From an uncultured virus (IMG/VR IMGVR_UViG_3300010051_000510) (Duplodnaviria > Heunggongvirae > Uroviricota > Caudoviricetes), in IMG/VR virus record IMGVR_UViG_3300010051_000510: 64,000 bases of DNA, one strand, 5' to 3'. Below, piece by piece: positions 27,514 through 36,782 of this stretch (position 1 is the first letter of the stretch; the number at the start of each line of letters is the position of its first letter). The notes beneath the pieces are model-generated. The model had not been told where the DNA came from. It searched no databases and was given only the letters and a program-made list of their open reading frames with translations. The position numbers and the translations under genes are program-made.

Positions 27514-28275
27514 ATGACCGCCGCGATGGACGAGGACCTCTACGAGGCCCAGCGCGACGTATATGACGCCATGCATGCGGCCGTCAAGGATCACCGCAAG
27601 GAGGTCACCCGGCTGCTGAAACGGGTGCGCGGCGCGATCGGCCGAGACCCGTCCTCTTGGCTGGACGTCGGCTGCGGCAGCGGCCTGCACCTCCAAGCGC
27701 TCCACCAGGCCGGCATCCCGAACCTGGCAGGCGCAGACAACTCTCCCGCTCAGATCGACGGCGCCCGCGCCCGCCTGGCCGGCACACCCGTTAGTGTGCA
27801 TCTCGCCGACATGCGCGACATGAACCTGCCTCGCCCCGATGCCGGCTTCGACGTCGTCAGCTGCCTGTTCAGCTGCGTCGGGCATCTCCACGACGACGCC
27901 GACTACCTCATTGCGCTGCAACGCATGGCCGCGCACGTCCAGCCGAGAGGGGTCGTGATCGTGGAACCGTGGATCGCCGCCGAGGACTACAAGCCCGGAA
28001 GGCTGGACGCCGACATCGTCGACACAGACACCGGCCGGATCGTCCGCGTCACCAAGCACGCCCGCGCCGGCGACCTGGCCGAGCTTGAGTTCCGCTTCGT
28101 CGTCTCCCATGACGGGGAGGAACGCATCGACGACTGGACCACCACGCTGCGGCTGCGGCTGCGCAGCGTCCAGCAGCAGCTGGCGATGTTCGAGCGGGTC
28201 TTCGAGCGGGTGGAGTTCCAGCAGACCGGCAGCGGATCGCGCGGGGTCTTCCTGGGTCGCAAGCCGCGCAACTGA
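27514..28275 (+). CDS. class I SAM-dependent methyltransferase (TylM1/DesVI-like N-methyltransferase signature)
   Basis: LDVGCGSG, DMRDM, FDVVSCLFSCVGHL and VIVEPW motifs. Confidence 0.9.
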   Translation: MTAAMDEDLYEAQRDVYDAMHAAVKDHRKEVTRLLKRVRGAIGRDPSSWLDVGCGSGLHLQALHQAGIPNLAGADNSPAQIDGARARLAGTPVSVHLADMRDMNLPRPDAGFDVVSCLFSCVGHLHDDADYLIALQRMAAHVQPRGVVIVEPWIAAEDYKPGRLDADIVDTDTGRIVRVTKHARAGDLAELEFRFVVSHDGEERIDDWTTTLRLRLRSVQQQLAMFERVFERVEFQQTGSGSRGVFLGRKPRN

Positions 28276-28356
28276 CCGTCGGCCGAGGCGCCACGACCCG
28301 ATAATCGCCGGCGGCGTGCTGATTGGCGGACGACACGATAGGTTCGTGGTGAACGC

Positions 28357-28491
28357 GCGCGAGTAGCTCAGTTGGTAGAGCGCCAGTCAGATGAACTGGA
28401 GGTCGTGCCGAAAGGCTGGCGGTACGAGTCGGGTTGATCTCCGATCACGGCCGCCGGTTCAGTAGGAATGGTTCGAGTCCCGCCTCGCGCA
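28357..28491 (+). ncRNA. tRNA-like RNA (nominal anticodon GAT, atypical loop) with a 62-nt insertion in the T-stem
   Basis: Acceptor GCGCGAG/CTCGCGC; D arm TAGCTCAGTTGGTAGAGC; CCAGT-CAGATGA-ACTGG; AGGTC; GTG[28408-28469]GG-TTCGAGT-CCCGC; own GATAGGTT promoter. Confidence 0.75.
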
Positions 28492-28502
28492 TCAGGAGCC
28501 CC

Positions 28503-28976
28503 ATGAAGAACCCGCTCATCTGGAACCAGCCGCTGGGCCGCCCCGAATGCCCGTACGCGCACCGGTGGATGCTGAACCTCGGCCGGCTGGGCAGCATCCG
28601 ACTGCACCGCTGGCACCGCTCCGACGACAAACGCGCCAAGCACGATCACCCCTCCGACTTCGTCACGCTGGTCCTGAAAGGCAGCTACACCGATCTCGGC
28701 CGCCGCGCCAGCTGCCTGACCTGCAACCTCAAACAGCCTGACTGCCCGGACTGTCATTTCACCGAGGAGATGCGCCCCGGCTCGATCCGCCGCCGTCGCG
28801 CCGAGCATGTGCACACCGTCGACGTGCATCCCGGCGGCTGCTGGACGCTGCTGTACTTCTGGCCGGAACGGCGCACCTGGGGGTTCTGGGTGCCTGGCTC
28901 CAACGGCCGCATCAAGTTTAAGGCCGCCCGCCGCTACTTCGCCTCCCAAGGTCATCACCCCTGCGATCAGGACTGA
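28503..28976 (+). CDS. cupin-fold protein (phage type) with CxxC insertion
   Basis: LHRWHRSDD...HDHP...LKGSY...HVHTV...CWTL; AGGAG SD immediately after the tRNA-like RNA. Confidence 0.8.
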   Translation: MKNPLIWNQPLGRPECPYAHRWMLNLGRLGSIRLHRWHRSDDKRAKHDHPSDFVTLVLKGSYTDLGRRASCLTCNLKQPDCPDCHFTEEMRPGSIRRRRAEHVHTVDVHPGGCWTLLYFWPERRTWGFWVPGSNGRIKFKAARRYFASQGHHPCDQD

Positions 28977-29044
28977 CCCGCACAGACCACGGCGGGATAA
29001 GTTGCGTGTATGAAGATCCTTCATACCGAAGCGGGCGCGCGCTG

Positions 29045-29233
29045 ATGGAGTCGATGAAGTTGCTGCGAGCCATCGCCGCCGGCTACCGCAAGGACTGGTC
29101 GGAGTTCGACGGTCGCGCCGCCAAGCATCAGCTGGACGCGGTCGCTGATCTCGCCGAGCGCGAGTTCGCCGGTGAGGACGTCAGCGCCGAGGTCGCCAGC
29201 GAGATCCAGCTGCTGAGGGAGGACGAGTCGTGA
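29045..29233 (+). CDS. small hypothetical protein
   Basis: TGATG-coupled to leaderless mini-ORF 29010-29045. Confidence 0.55.
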   Translation: MESMKLLRAIAAGYRKDWSEFDGRAAKHQLDAVADLAEREFAGEDVSAEVASEIQLLREDES

Positions 29234-29493
29234 AGCCCCAGCTACACGAGACGGGACCGCTGAAGCCGCTCAAGGATCTCCTCGTCGGCCTTCCCGTCAA
29301 GGTGATGGTGATGGGGGATCCTGATGATCTCGAAGACGCGACGATCATCTCACCCAGCGACCTCCCTCGGCGGCCCGTGACGTTGGACATGCTCTGCCTC
29401 CGCTACGCCGACGGCCGCACCGGCCAGGCGTCGCTGTCAGCGCTGCGGATCGACCCGCAGCGGTTGGCCCGCCACACCGCCACCGCCTGCTGA
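29230..29493 (+). CDS. hypothetical protein
   Basis: GTGA overlap. Confidence 0.6.
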   Translation: MKPQLHETGPLKPLKDLLVGLPVKVMVMGDPDDLEDATIISPSDLPRRPVTLDMLCLRYADGRTGQASLSALRIDPQRLARHTATAC

Positions 29494-29569
29494 GACCACG
29501 CTGACCGCGGGCGAGGCGAAAGCTAGGCTCGCCGCACGTGATCGCTTCCATGGCGGATCGTCACAGCTG

Positions 29570-30253
29570 ATGGCCCGCCCAATCCGAGAGCCGGTGGATC
29601 CGGGCCCGTTCACCACCTGGCTGGACGGCCTGCCGGAATCGCATCCCGGCGCGATGAAACGCCTGCTCGCCAACGCTTGGGGCCTGCGCGACGACAGCGC
29701 CCTGCGGCGCCTGCACCGCTGGCGTCACGAGACCAGCCGCGTCGAACGCGAGCAGGTGGAGCAGGCCATCGAGGCGCTTGACCCGGAGATGACGTTCTCC
29801 TGCCTGTACGGGGAGGCGGTGCCGCGCACCCCGACCGGCCGGCGCCGGCGGCAACACGCCGGCGTTCCGATCACCGTCCCCGAGGACGTGCTCATCGAAG
29901 CGCACCGCTTGCATCTCGACGAGGGCCTGTCTTTTCGCCGCCTCGGCGTGATGCTGCTGGAGCGCACCTACGCCTCCTCCCCGAAAGCGCTGGCCAACAC
30001 GCTGCACAACGCGTTCAAGCAGCGCGGTTGGGAGACACGCAGCCGCACCGAAGCGATCAGCCAGTTCAACCAGGCCAAACGAGCGCATCTGCCGTTCTGC
30101 CGTCACATCCACCAAGCAGGACCGCGCAAAGGCCAACGCTGCCAGAAACGCACGTCGAGAGGATGGTGCTGGCATCACCATCCCGACAACCTCCGCTCCC
30201 GCCTCAGCGGCCTGCACGCACTGGACGCACAACGCGTCGCCCAGCGCTCCTAA
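29570..30253 (+). CDS. putative DNA-binding protein (HTH-like plus C-terminal C/H Zn finger)
   Basis: EGLSFRRLG; CRHI...KGQRCQK...WCWHH. Confidence 0.65.
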   Translation: MARPIREPVDPGPFTTWLDGLPESHPGAMKRLLANAWGLRDDSALRRLHRWRHETSRVEREQVEQAIEALDPEMTFSCLYGEAVPRTPTGRRRRQHAGVPITVPEDVLIEAHRLHLDEGLSFRRLGVMLLERTYASSPKALANTLHNAFKQRGWETRSRTEAISQFNQAKRAHLPFCRHIHQAGPRKGQRCQKRTSRGWCWHHHPDNLRSRLSGLHALDAQRVAQRS

Positions 30254-30320
30254 CAGCAGACGCTCCGGCGCGCTCGGCAGGGTGCCGGCCTGAGCGGGCT
30301 GGAAGCCGGTACGTTCACGC

Positions 30321-30584
30321 ATGAGCTTCCGGTTGCCGTTCGTGTCACGACGCGATTACCAAGCCGCGATCGCGGCGGGCCTGGACTGCGCCCGCGACGG
30401 CTACCGCCTGCAGCGAGCGCTGCGCGACATCCTCGCTGAAACAGACCGCTGCAAGGCCGACGCAGCCAGCGAGGACCTCGCCGAGATGATCGCTCGGATC
30501 CGCGACATCGCCGACGCCAGCCTGCGCGACCCAGCCACCACCCGCGCAGCCACGCAGCCACGCACGCCGGAACGCGCCAGCTGA
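30321..30584 (+). CDS. small helical hypothetical protein
   Basis: TACGTT 5 nt before ATG. Confidence 0.6.
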   Translation: MSFRLPFVSRRDYQAAIAAGLDCARDGYRLQRALRDILAETDRCKADAASEDLAEMIARIRDIADASLRDPATTRAATQPRTPERAS

Positions 30585-30838
30585 TGGGAAAGTGGAAGAA
30601 GCCCTACAACCGGGAGCGGCGGTGGAACCGCCGCGCGCTGATCGCCCGAGACGACTGCCGATGCGGCGTCTGTGGAGGACGGATCGAACAGATGAAAGAC
30701 GTGACGTTGGATCACATCACCCCGCGCTCCCGCGGCGGATCGGACACCATCGACAACCTCCAGCTCGCCCACTACCGCTGCAACCAGTCTAAAGCAGACC
30801 TGCTCCCTGACGAGTGGGCCGCCCTCCAGGGTCGCTGA
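30584..30838 (+). CDS. HNH endonuclease
   Basis: CGVCG...TLDHITPRSRGG...NLQLAHYRCNQSK. Confidence 0.92.
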   Translation: MGKWKKPYNRERRWNRRALIARDDCRCGVCGGRIEQMKDVTLDHITPRSRGGSDTIDNLQLAHYRCNQSKADLLPDEWAALQGR

Positions 30839-30946
30839 GGCGCGCGCCCACGTCCCCGAACGACCGCCGGGACCCTACGCCCGGGCTGGCTGGATCGGGC
30901 GGTCGACGCCCGTCGCGTCGCCGGTCTGCACGGATAAGGTGCTTTC

Positions 30947-31516
30947 ATGAACAGCATCGTCACCTCTTCCGAGTTCCGAGTGGAGGAGATCCCCGCGCTT
31001 GTCGACCAGGCTGTGGAGCAGCGTCTTGCCCGGTCGAACCTCGCCGCCGAGCTGATCGCGACTGTCCCGCCGCTGGCCCGCGCGATCTGCGACGAGCTGA
31101 CCGCCCGCCGCTTCTACGGGCCGTTCCGCATCCCCGGCACCAGCGACAAGCACGGCGACCCGCACCTCTACGAGATCACCCAGATCAAGTGGGGTCCGCT
31201 TCGCCGGCGCCAGAGCGGGCTCGTCCTCCTGCGCAGCCGCCGCGGGTTCGGCGGGGACCTGCTCTTCGACCCCTCCCTCACGGACGCGGCCTGGGATCCG
31301 CTGAACCCGCCGGAGGTTCGCTTCGGCGGCTTGGAGACGAACATGTTCGTCACCTGGAAGCTCGCGGGCGCGTCGGTTCTCGCCGACTTCGCCAAGGACG
31401 CCCCCGGTCTGATCGAGAACGTGATCCGCCGCGAGACCGACGCCACCGACCATCTCACCGAGGGTGTCGCGGCCGCCGACGAGGCGTTCAACCTCCTGAC
31501 GGAGGCCCGCCGATGA
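30947..31516 (+). CDS. hypothetical protein, tandem paralog A
   Basis: CGGATAAGGTG promoter; similar to the next gene. Confidence 0.75.
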   Translation: MNSIVTSSEFRVEEIPALVDQAVEQRLARSNLAAELIATVPPLARAICDELTARRFYGPFRIPGTSDKHGDPHLYEITQIKWGPLRRRQSGLVLLRSRRGFGGDLLFDPSLTDAAWDPLNPPEVRFGGLETNMFVTWKLAGASVLADFAKDAPGLIENVIRRETDATDHLTEGVAAADEAFNLLTEARR

Positions 31517-32118
31517 ACGCCTGGGCTGCCGAGCCGCGCCAGCAATCCGAGCAGCGGACTCTGTCGCTGGAAGAGGTGCCGGAGATCGCCGCGCAGATCG
31601 CCGCCGAATCCGACCGGCGCGAGCACCTGGGCGCTGATCTGGTCGCCACCGTCCCGCAGCTCGCGCGGGCGCTGGTGTCTGAGCTGACCGCGTACGGCCT
31701 CGACGATCGTGAGTTGCCCTACGCCAGCCGCATCGGCTCCGTGCCCGCCCGCTACCGCATCGGCGAGGTCCGGTTCGGATCGCGCCGCAACCGCCAGTAC
31801 CGGCGAGTGCTGATGTGCGGACACGTCCTCTTCCATGATCCGCTGAACCCTGACAGGGTGTGGGACGCGAACGACCCTCCGGTCATGTCCGGGTTTCGTC
31901 ATGCCGGCCGGGTGCGTCTGGCCAACGCGCAGGAACTGGCGATGCTCGCCTACGACGCGCCGAAGATCCTCAACGAGATGCTGCTGAACGAGCAGCGCAG
32001 CAGCGACTATCTGGCCGGGGGTGCAGCCGCGGCAGACGCCGCCTTCGACCTGCTGCCCTCACGCGCCGACGATCGCGCCGTTCAGGACGGCGCCAGCGCT
32101 GATAGCGTGCTGCCATGA
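31513..32118 (+). CDS. hypothetical protein, tandem paralog B
   Basis: ATGA overlap; shares LxATVPxLARA, WDxxxPP, DAP and AAADxAFxLL. Confidence 0.75.
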   Translation: MNAWAAEPRQQSEQRTLSLEEVPEIAAQIAAESDRREHLGADLVATVPQLARALVSELTAYGLDDRELPYASRIGSVPARYRIGEVRFGSRRNRQYRRVLMCGHVLFHDPLNPDRVWDANDPPVMSGFRHAGRVRLANAQELAMLAYDAPKILNEMLLNEQRSSDYLAGGAAAADAAFDLLPSRADDRAVQDGASADSVLP

Positions 32119-32420
32119 GAACCGACACCACGAACGTTCCGACAACCGCCGAGGAGGGCTTCGCCGCGATCCGCCGTCTGCTCAACCAGAGCAACCAGAT
32201 CGAGATGCAGTTCATCCCGACGCGCTACCCCTACACGTACGCGTACGACTACGTGCGTGAGCGCAGCGTCACCGGCAGCCGCCACGACGCAGGCCTCTGG
32301 GTCCGCCGGGTCGCTGACATCACCGCAATGCCCGTGGAGACCCTGGTGGAGATCTTCGCCGACGCTTACCTGCGTCAGTACAACATCCAGCGCCCCGCGC
32401 AGGAGTTGGCTGCGGCCTGA
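32115..32420 (+). CDS. phage-type hypothetical protein
   Basis: GATAGCGT promoter; RYPYTYAYDYVR. Confidence 0.7.
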   Translation: MRTDTTNVPTTAEEGFAAIRRLLNQSNQIEMQFIPTRYPYTYAYDYVRERSVTGSRHDAGLWVRRVADITAMPVETLVEIFADAYLRQYNIQRPAQELAAA

Positions 32421-32551
32421 TCCGGGCCCGGCAACCCTCCCCTGGATTTCGCGCCGACCTCAGGGTCGGCGCAAGGCGTTGCCGTGACGGCAATCGAGAA
32501 TGAGCGAGGCTCGCCGGTGCGCGGGCCTATCTCCGTCCGGTGTGGGGTGGG

Positions 32552-33046
32552 CTAGGCGCGTTCGAGCAGATCGAACGACAGCTCGCGGGCGCGGTTCAGC
32601 GAGCCGCTGGATCCGTGCTGGCTGCCATCGGCAAGCACGACCAGCCACCAGCGCGAGACACCGCGGCGCACGATCTGCATGCCCGGATGCCCGATCACCT
32701 GGTAGGTGCCGGCGCCGAGAGATCGCACGCGCACCCTGGCAGCGGGGACGGCGGGCGCGGGGCTGACCGCCATCGCTGCTTGCAGAGCCCGCACCGCGTC
32801 GCGGCGCGTCCGAAACCAGCACCGGTCGCCGTCGGACTCCCAGAGGCCTTGCTCGATCAGCCACGCGTCAGTCTCCGGGCTGTCGGTGGAGGCGATCTCC
32901 CAGCCGTTGCTCCTCTTGCCGTGCGGGCCGGGGATCCCGAACTTCCGCCCCGGCCAGTACACGAGCGTCATCGCGGTGCCCGCGATGACGAACCCAGTCC
33001 CTAGTCCGGGCCACCGTTCCAGGCGGACCTCGCTGACAGTCTCCAT
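32552..33046 (-). CDS. WL-GL-F-TRR paralog family protein
   Basis: WLIEQGLW...WFRTRRDAVRALQAAMAVSP; CGGATACGGTG promoter. Confidence 0.75.
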   Translation of the reverse strand: METVSEVRLERWPGLGTGFVIAGTAMTLVYWPGRKFGIPGPHGKRSNGWEIASTDSPETDAWLIEQGLWESDGDRCWFRTRRDAVRALQAAMAVSPAPAVPAARVRVRSLGAGTYQVIGHPGMQIVRRGVSRWWLVVLADGSQHGSSGSLNRARELSFDLLERA

Positions 33047-33108
33047 GCAGACACCGTATCCGTCTGGTCTGGCCGCGCGCTCGACACACCGGCGGATAAC
33101 GTTCGGGT

Positions 33109-33459
33109 ATGAGCATCCCACAGGACGTCGTGTATCTGGACGACAAGCATCCGCCCGTCCGGGACACCTGGACCTGGGTGAGAACCATCAGCCAGTTCGC
33201 CGCCGCAATCGCCGAGCCGGTCCCCGCGGTCAGCCTGGACTACGACCTGGGAGGCACCGACCCGGGCGCCACCGGTCTGGACGCCGTCGAGGTCATGGCC
33301 GACACCGGCAACTGGCCGACGGACCTGCTCGCCCTCCACAGCGGCTTGGAGGACAGCCGCGACAAGATGGCCGCGATCGTCGAAGCCAGCGGCCTGTTCG
33401 AGCGCGACGACAGCCACCCGCTGACCGTGCTGTCGCGGGTCTACCGGCGCGTGCGCTGA
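33109..33459 (+). CDS. cyclic-phosphate-processing receiver (cREC) domain protein
   Basis: YLDD.HPP...W.WVRT...VSLDYDLG...TGLD...LHS. Confidence 0.8.
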   Translation: MSIPQDVVYLDDKHPPVRDTWTWVRTISQFAAAIAEPVPAVSLDYDLGGTDPGATGLDAVEVMADTGNWPTDLLALHSGLEDSRDKMAAIVEASGLFERDDSHPLTVLSRVYRRVR

Positions 33460-33502
33460 CCACGGACGTAGGATCCACCGCATTCCCACCTCCGCTCCAC
33501 AG

Positions 33503-33997
33503 ATGACCCCGCCCGTCGATCCCGCCGCCCCGGGACGCCTGTGCTGGCAGCTGCATGATCTGTGCCTGGAAGCGTTCGGCTACACCGACGCCTGCTGTGA
33601 GGAAATGTCGGTCATCCTTTGCTACCTGCTGCGTCGTGCCGGCCTGGACGCAAGTATCGAATCCGGCTACTACGCCTACACCGACCCGTGCAACCCCGAT
33701 GCCGGCAAGCAAATCGGAGATCACCAGCATGTCGTCCTGGAAGGAATCCGCTACGACCCGACCCGCGACCAGTTCATGGACGGCCAGCCGCTGATCTGCG
33801 CGCACCAGGGCCCCGACGAGTATTACGTCGAGGAGGTTCGGTTCAGCTTCGCTCCGCCGCAACGCCCCGACCGAGACGACGCCAGACAATTCCTGTCCCA
33901 TCGCTGCGCCCGACCAGACCGCGACAGGGTCGCGTGGATCTGCGAGCAGATCGGTTGCGCGGAGATTTCCCCGCGCCCCGAGCACACCCAGGCCTGA
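33503..33997 (+). CDS. papain/transglutaminase-like Cys-His-Asp fold protein
   Basis: CEEMSVIL...G...HQHVV...YDPTRDQF. Confidence 0.6.
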   Translation: MTPPVDPAAPGRLCWQLHDLCLEAFGYTDACCEEMSVILCYLLRRAGLDASIESGYYAYTDPCNPDAGKQIGDHQHVVLEGIRYDPTRDQFMDGQPLICAHQGPDEYYVEEVRFSFAPPQRPDRDDARQFLSHRCARPDRDRVAWICEQIGCAEISPRPEHTQA

Positions 33998-34146
33998 GCG
34001 CCGCGACAGAACGGCGAGTCCTCAGCCGGCAACGGGCCCGAGCGCGCGGCCGGCAGGTTGCGCGGATGAAGGAGCGTCGCTGACGCTCGGCGGACCGCCA
34101 CACAACTCGTCCCTTCCAAGTCACGAGCGGCGGATAAGTTGCAGTC

Positions 34147-35229
34147 ATGAGTTCGTTCAACGTGCTGGCGCGGACGGTCACGATCGTCGCGCACGACAAC
34201 GCCGACGCGCTGGAGATCGCCAAGATCGACGGCACCGACTTCACCGCTGTCGTCCGCAAGGGCGAGTACCAGACCGGCGACAAGGTCGTCTACATCCCCA
34301 CCCAGGCCGTCGTGCCGCAGCCGATCCTGGAGCAGATGGGTCTATGGGGCAAGGAGCGCAAGGGCCGCACGATCGGCGCGCTCGCCGGCCCCGACGGCGA
34401 CCGCGTCAAGGCGATCCGCCTGCGCGGCGTCCTGTCCGAAGGCCTCTGCTACCAGCCCGAGGGCGTCCAGCTCAACGAGGGTGAGGACTACGGCGAGCAG
34501 CTGGGCATCGTCAAGTGGGTTCCGCCGCTGCCCGCCGGCAGCGAGGCTGAGCTGATCAGCGCCCCGGACCTGCGCACCTACACCGACATCGAGAACATCA
34601 AGTACTTCGCCGACGTCCTCAAGGAAGGCGAGGAGGTCGTCGCGACCGAGAAGATCCACGGCAGCAATACCGTCCTGGCCTTGATCGATGGCGAGTTCTT
34701 CGTGTCCAGCAAGGGCCGCGCCGGCAAGGGCATCGCGCTCAAGCGCGAGGAGGACGCGCACGGCCGCGTCAGTAACTGGTACTGGCGCGCCGCCGAGCAG
34801 AACGGCATCGAGTCGCTGCTGCGTGACATCGCCGCCGAGACCGGCGCCCGGGAGATCACCCTGTTCGGGGAGACCTTCGGCAGCGTCGTGCAGGACCTCG
34901 CCTACGGCATCGACGGTGACCTGGCGTTCCGCGCGTTCGATCTGCGCCTGGACGGCCGCTACGTCGACTACGACCGCTTCGAGCAGATCGTCGGCGTCTT
35001 CTGCGGCCTGGACATCTGCCCGGTCCTGTACCGCGGCCCGTTCTCCCGCGAGGCGGTGGAGGCGGTCGCCGCCGGCAAGGAGACGATCACCGGCACCGAG
35101 TCGCACGTCCGCGAGGGCGTCATCGTCCGCCCGGTCGCCGAGCGTCACGACCCGCTGCTGGGCCGCGTCATCCTGAAGGTCATCAACCCCGACTACCTGG
35201 ACCGCAAGGGCGGCACCGAGTACGAGTGA
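34147..35229 (+). CDS. ATP-dependent RNA ligase, DRB0094 (Rnl5) family
   Basis: N-terminal OB HDNADALEIA...VYIP...IRLRGVLSEGL; EKIHGSN, FGE, FD, REGVIVRP and LKVINPDYL motifs. Confidence 0.93.
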   Translation: MSSFNVLARTVTIVAHDNADALEIAKIDGTDFTAVVRKGEYQTGDKVVYIPTQAVVPQPILEQMGLWGKERKGRTIGALAGPDGDRVKAIRLRGVLSEGLCYQPEGVQLNEGEDYGEQLGIVKWVPPLPAGSEAELISAPDLRTYTDIENIKYFADVLKEGEEVVATEKIHGSNTVLALIDGEFFVSSKGRAGKGIALKREEDAHGRVSNWYWRAAEQNGIESLLRDIAAETGAREITLFGETFGSVVQDLAYGIDGDLAFRAFDLRLDGRYVDYDRFEQIVGVFCGLDICPVLYRGPFSREAVEAVAAGKETITGTESHVREGVIVRPVAERHDPLLGRVILKVINPDYLDRKGGTEYE

Positions 35230-35236
35230 GCGGGCT

Positions 35237-36199
35237 GTGCCCGACCGCCCCGCCATCAACCACGAGAACGCGCGCGAGCAGCTCAGGCGCGCGCAGTTCG
35301 CCGAACCGGACGATGACAACGCGCAGGACATCCAGCGGATCCTCCTCGACCAGATCGAACGCCAGGTGGCGCGGGACCAGGCCAAGAAGCAGGCGCGCCT
35401 CGAAAAGCAGGCGCGCAAGCTCGGCCTCGCGAAGCGCCTCAGCGCTGACAGCGAAGACGTTGAGGAGAGCGTCCCTGCGCGCCGGCGTTCGCCTGCGCTG
35501 CGCCGGGAGCCGTTCAACCAGCGCCCCGCGATCATCACCGAGGAGGAATGGGAGCAGGCAACCCCGCAGAAGGCCCGCCTCCGCACCGGCAAGCTGTTGG
35601 CTGCCGGTCTGATCGCCGGTCTGATTGCCGTTGTCGTCGTCGCCGCGGTTGGCTGGGGCTGGGGGCTTCTCGTGGCGGTGATCGCCGGGCCGCTGATCGC
35701 ATTGTCGGAGGAGCGCATCCCCGCCCGACCTGACCGACGCCGTGGGGTCGCGTTGGACGCGCCGCGTCGCGCGCGCCGGCACGCCGCGCAGCTGGCCGAG
35801 CATGACTGCGACATGTTCGCCACCCGGACGATCGCCAACGGCGAGAACGTCGACCTGGAACTGCTTCGCTACCGGCCTGTCACCGGCGGACATCCGGACC
35901 GCCCCCTCGGCGCCACGGAGTCGCTGCGCGGCGACCGGCGCTGGCAGGTCAGCGTGGTGGATGTGGAGCAACTGCCCGCCACCATGACCGCCGACGAGCG
36001 TTCCGCCCGGCTGCTGGCGATGGAAGAGCGCGCGTTCAACGCTGAACGCAACGCAGTCGCCCAGTCCCAACAAGCCAAGGACGTCGAGATGGCCGAGCAG
36101 GCCCGCAAGCGCGAAGCGCAGGCCGAGGCTGAGCAGCGGCTCGTCGAAGCGCGCGGGATCGCCGACGGCATGTCCGACTGGCGCACAGAGCAGCGATGA
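35237..36199 (+). CDS. membrane protein with coiled-coil regions
   Basis: Central hydrophobic hairpin; E/Q/R-rich flanks. Confidence 0.7.
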   Translation: MPDRPAINHENAREQLRRAQFAEPDDDNAQDIQRILLDQIERQVARDQAKKQARLEKQARKLGLAKRLSADSEDVEESVPARRRSPALRREPFNQRPAIITEEEWEQATPQKARLRTGKLLAAGLIAGLIAVVVVAAVGWGWGLLVAVIAGPLIALSEERIPARPDRRRGVALDAPRRARRHAAQLAEHDCDMFATRTIANGENVDLELLRYRPVTGGHPDRPLGATESLRGDRRWQVSVVDVEQLPATMTADERSARLLAMEERAFNAERNAVAQSQQAKDVEMAEQARKREAQAEAEQRLVEARGIADGMSDWRTEQR

Positions 36200-36328
36200 G
36201 CGCCGGCGTCGAGGATCTCCGCCTGAGCGAGCTGTTACGCGCCGGCCACCAGCCGGATAGGGTATACGCATGAGGATCGAGACCCGAGCAGCCCATGGCG
36301 GTCGCTGTGCGTGCGGAGGTGGAATGTG

Positions 36329-36574
36329 ATGGTGGTGCGGTTCTTCGGCAACGGCCCGTCCGGTGGGTTCCAGGTCGAATACGCGTGGGGCAACCTGCCG
36401 ATCCCCACGGTCGGGCAGACCGTGCACGCTGACGGCGACGATCCGGACTTCCCCGAGGGCGACTACACCGTCACCGACCTGGAATGGCGGATTGGGCTGC
36501 GAGGCCCACGGATCGTCAACATCGACCTGCAATCAACGAAGCACCCCGCACCCGGCGCGTCCGCGGATGGCTGA
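36329..36574 (+). CDS. hypothetical protein
   Basis: TGATG-coupled to mini-ORF 36270-36329; PIPTVGQTV...YTVTDLEW. Confidence 0.65.
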   Translation: MVVRFFGNGPSGGFQVEYAWGNLPIPTVGQTVHADGDDPDFPEGDYTVTDLEWRIGLRGPRIVNIDLQSTKHPAPGASADG

Positions 36575-36782
36575 CCTGCCTCGGGTCTGCTCGCACTGCG
36601 GCGACCTGTGGGATGACGACAACCCGCACACGCACGGCATCCCCGTCCGTGACGACTGCGAGCGCTGCGCAGGCTACGGCCGGCTGGACCCGCTGCACGG
36701 CGGCCCATGCCACGAGGCCTTCAACCCCGCCTACTGCATCCCATGCCCGGTCTGCGCGACACCCAACCCGGCCTCCAGCTAA
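36567..36782 (+). CDS. small Zn-finger protein
   Basis: CSHC, CERCAGYG and CPVC. Confidence 0.6.
   Translation: MADLPRVCSHCGDLWDDDNPHTHGIPVRDDCERCAGYGRLDPLHGGPCHEAFNPAYCIPCPVCATPNPASS

Noticed and set aside
28388..28460. Hammerhead-like CAGATGA...GAAA within the tRNA-like RNA
   Set aside because: Core is CAGAUGA rather than CUGAUGA, no stem II forms, and the NUH register does not fit; the cloverleaf explains the sequence better.
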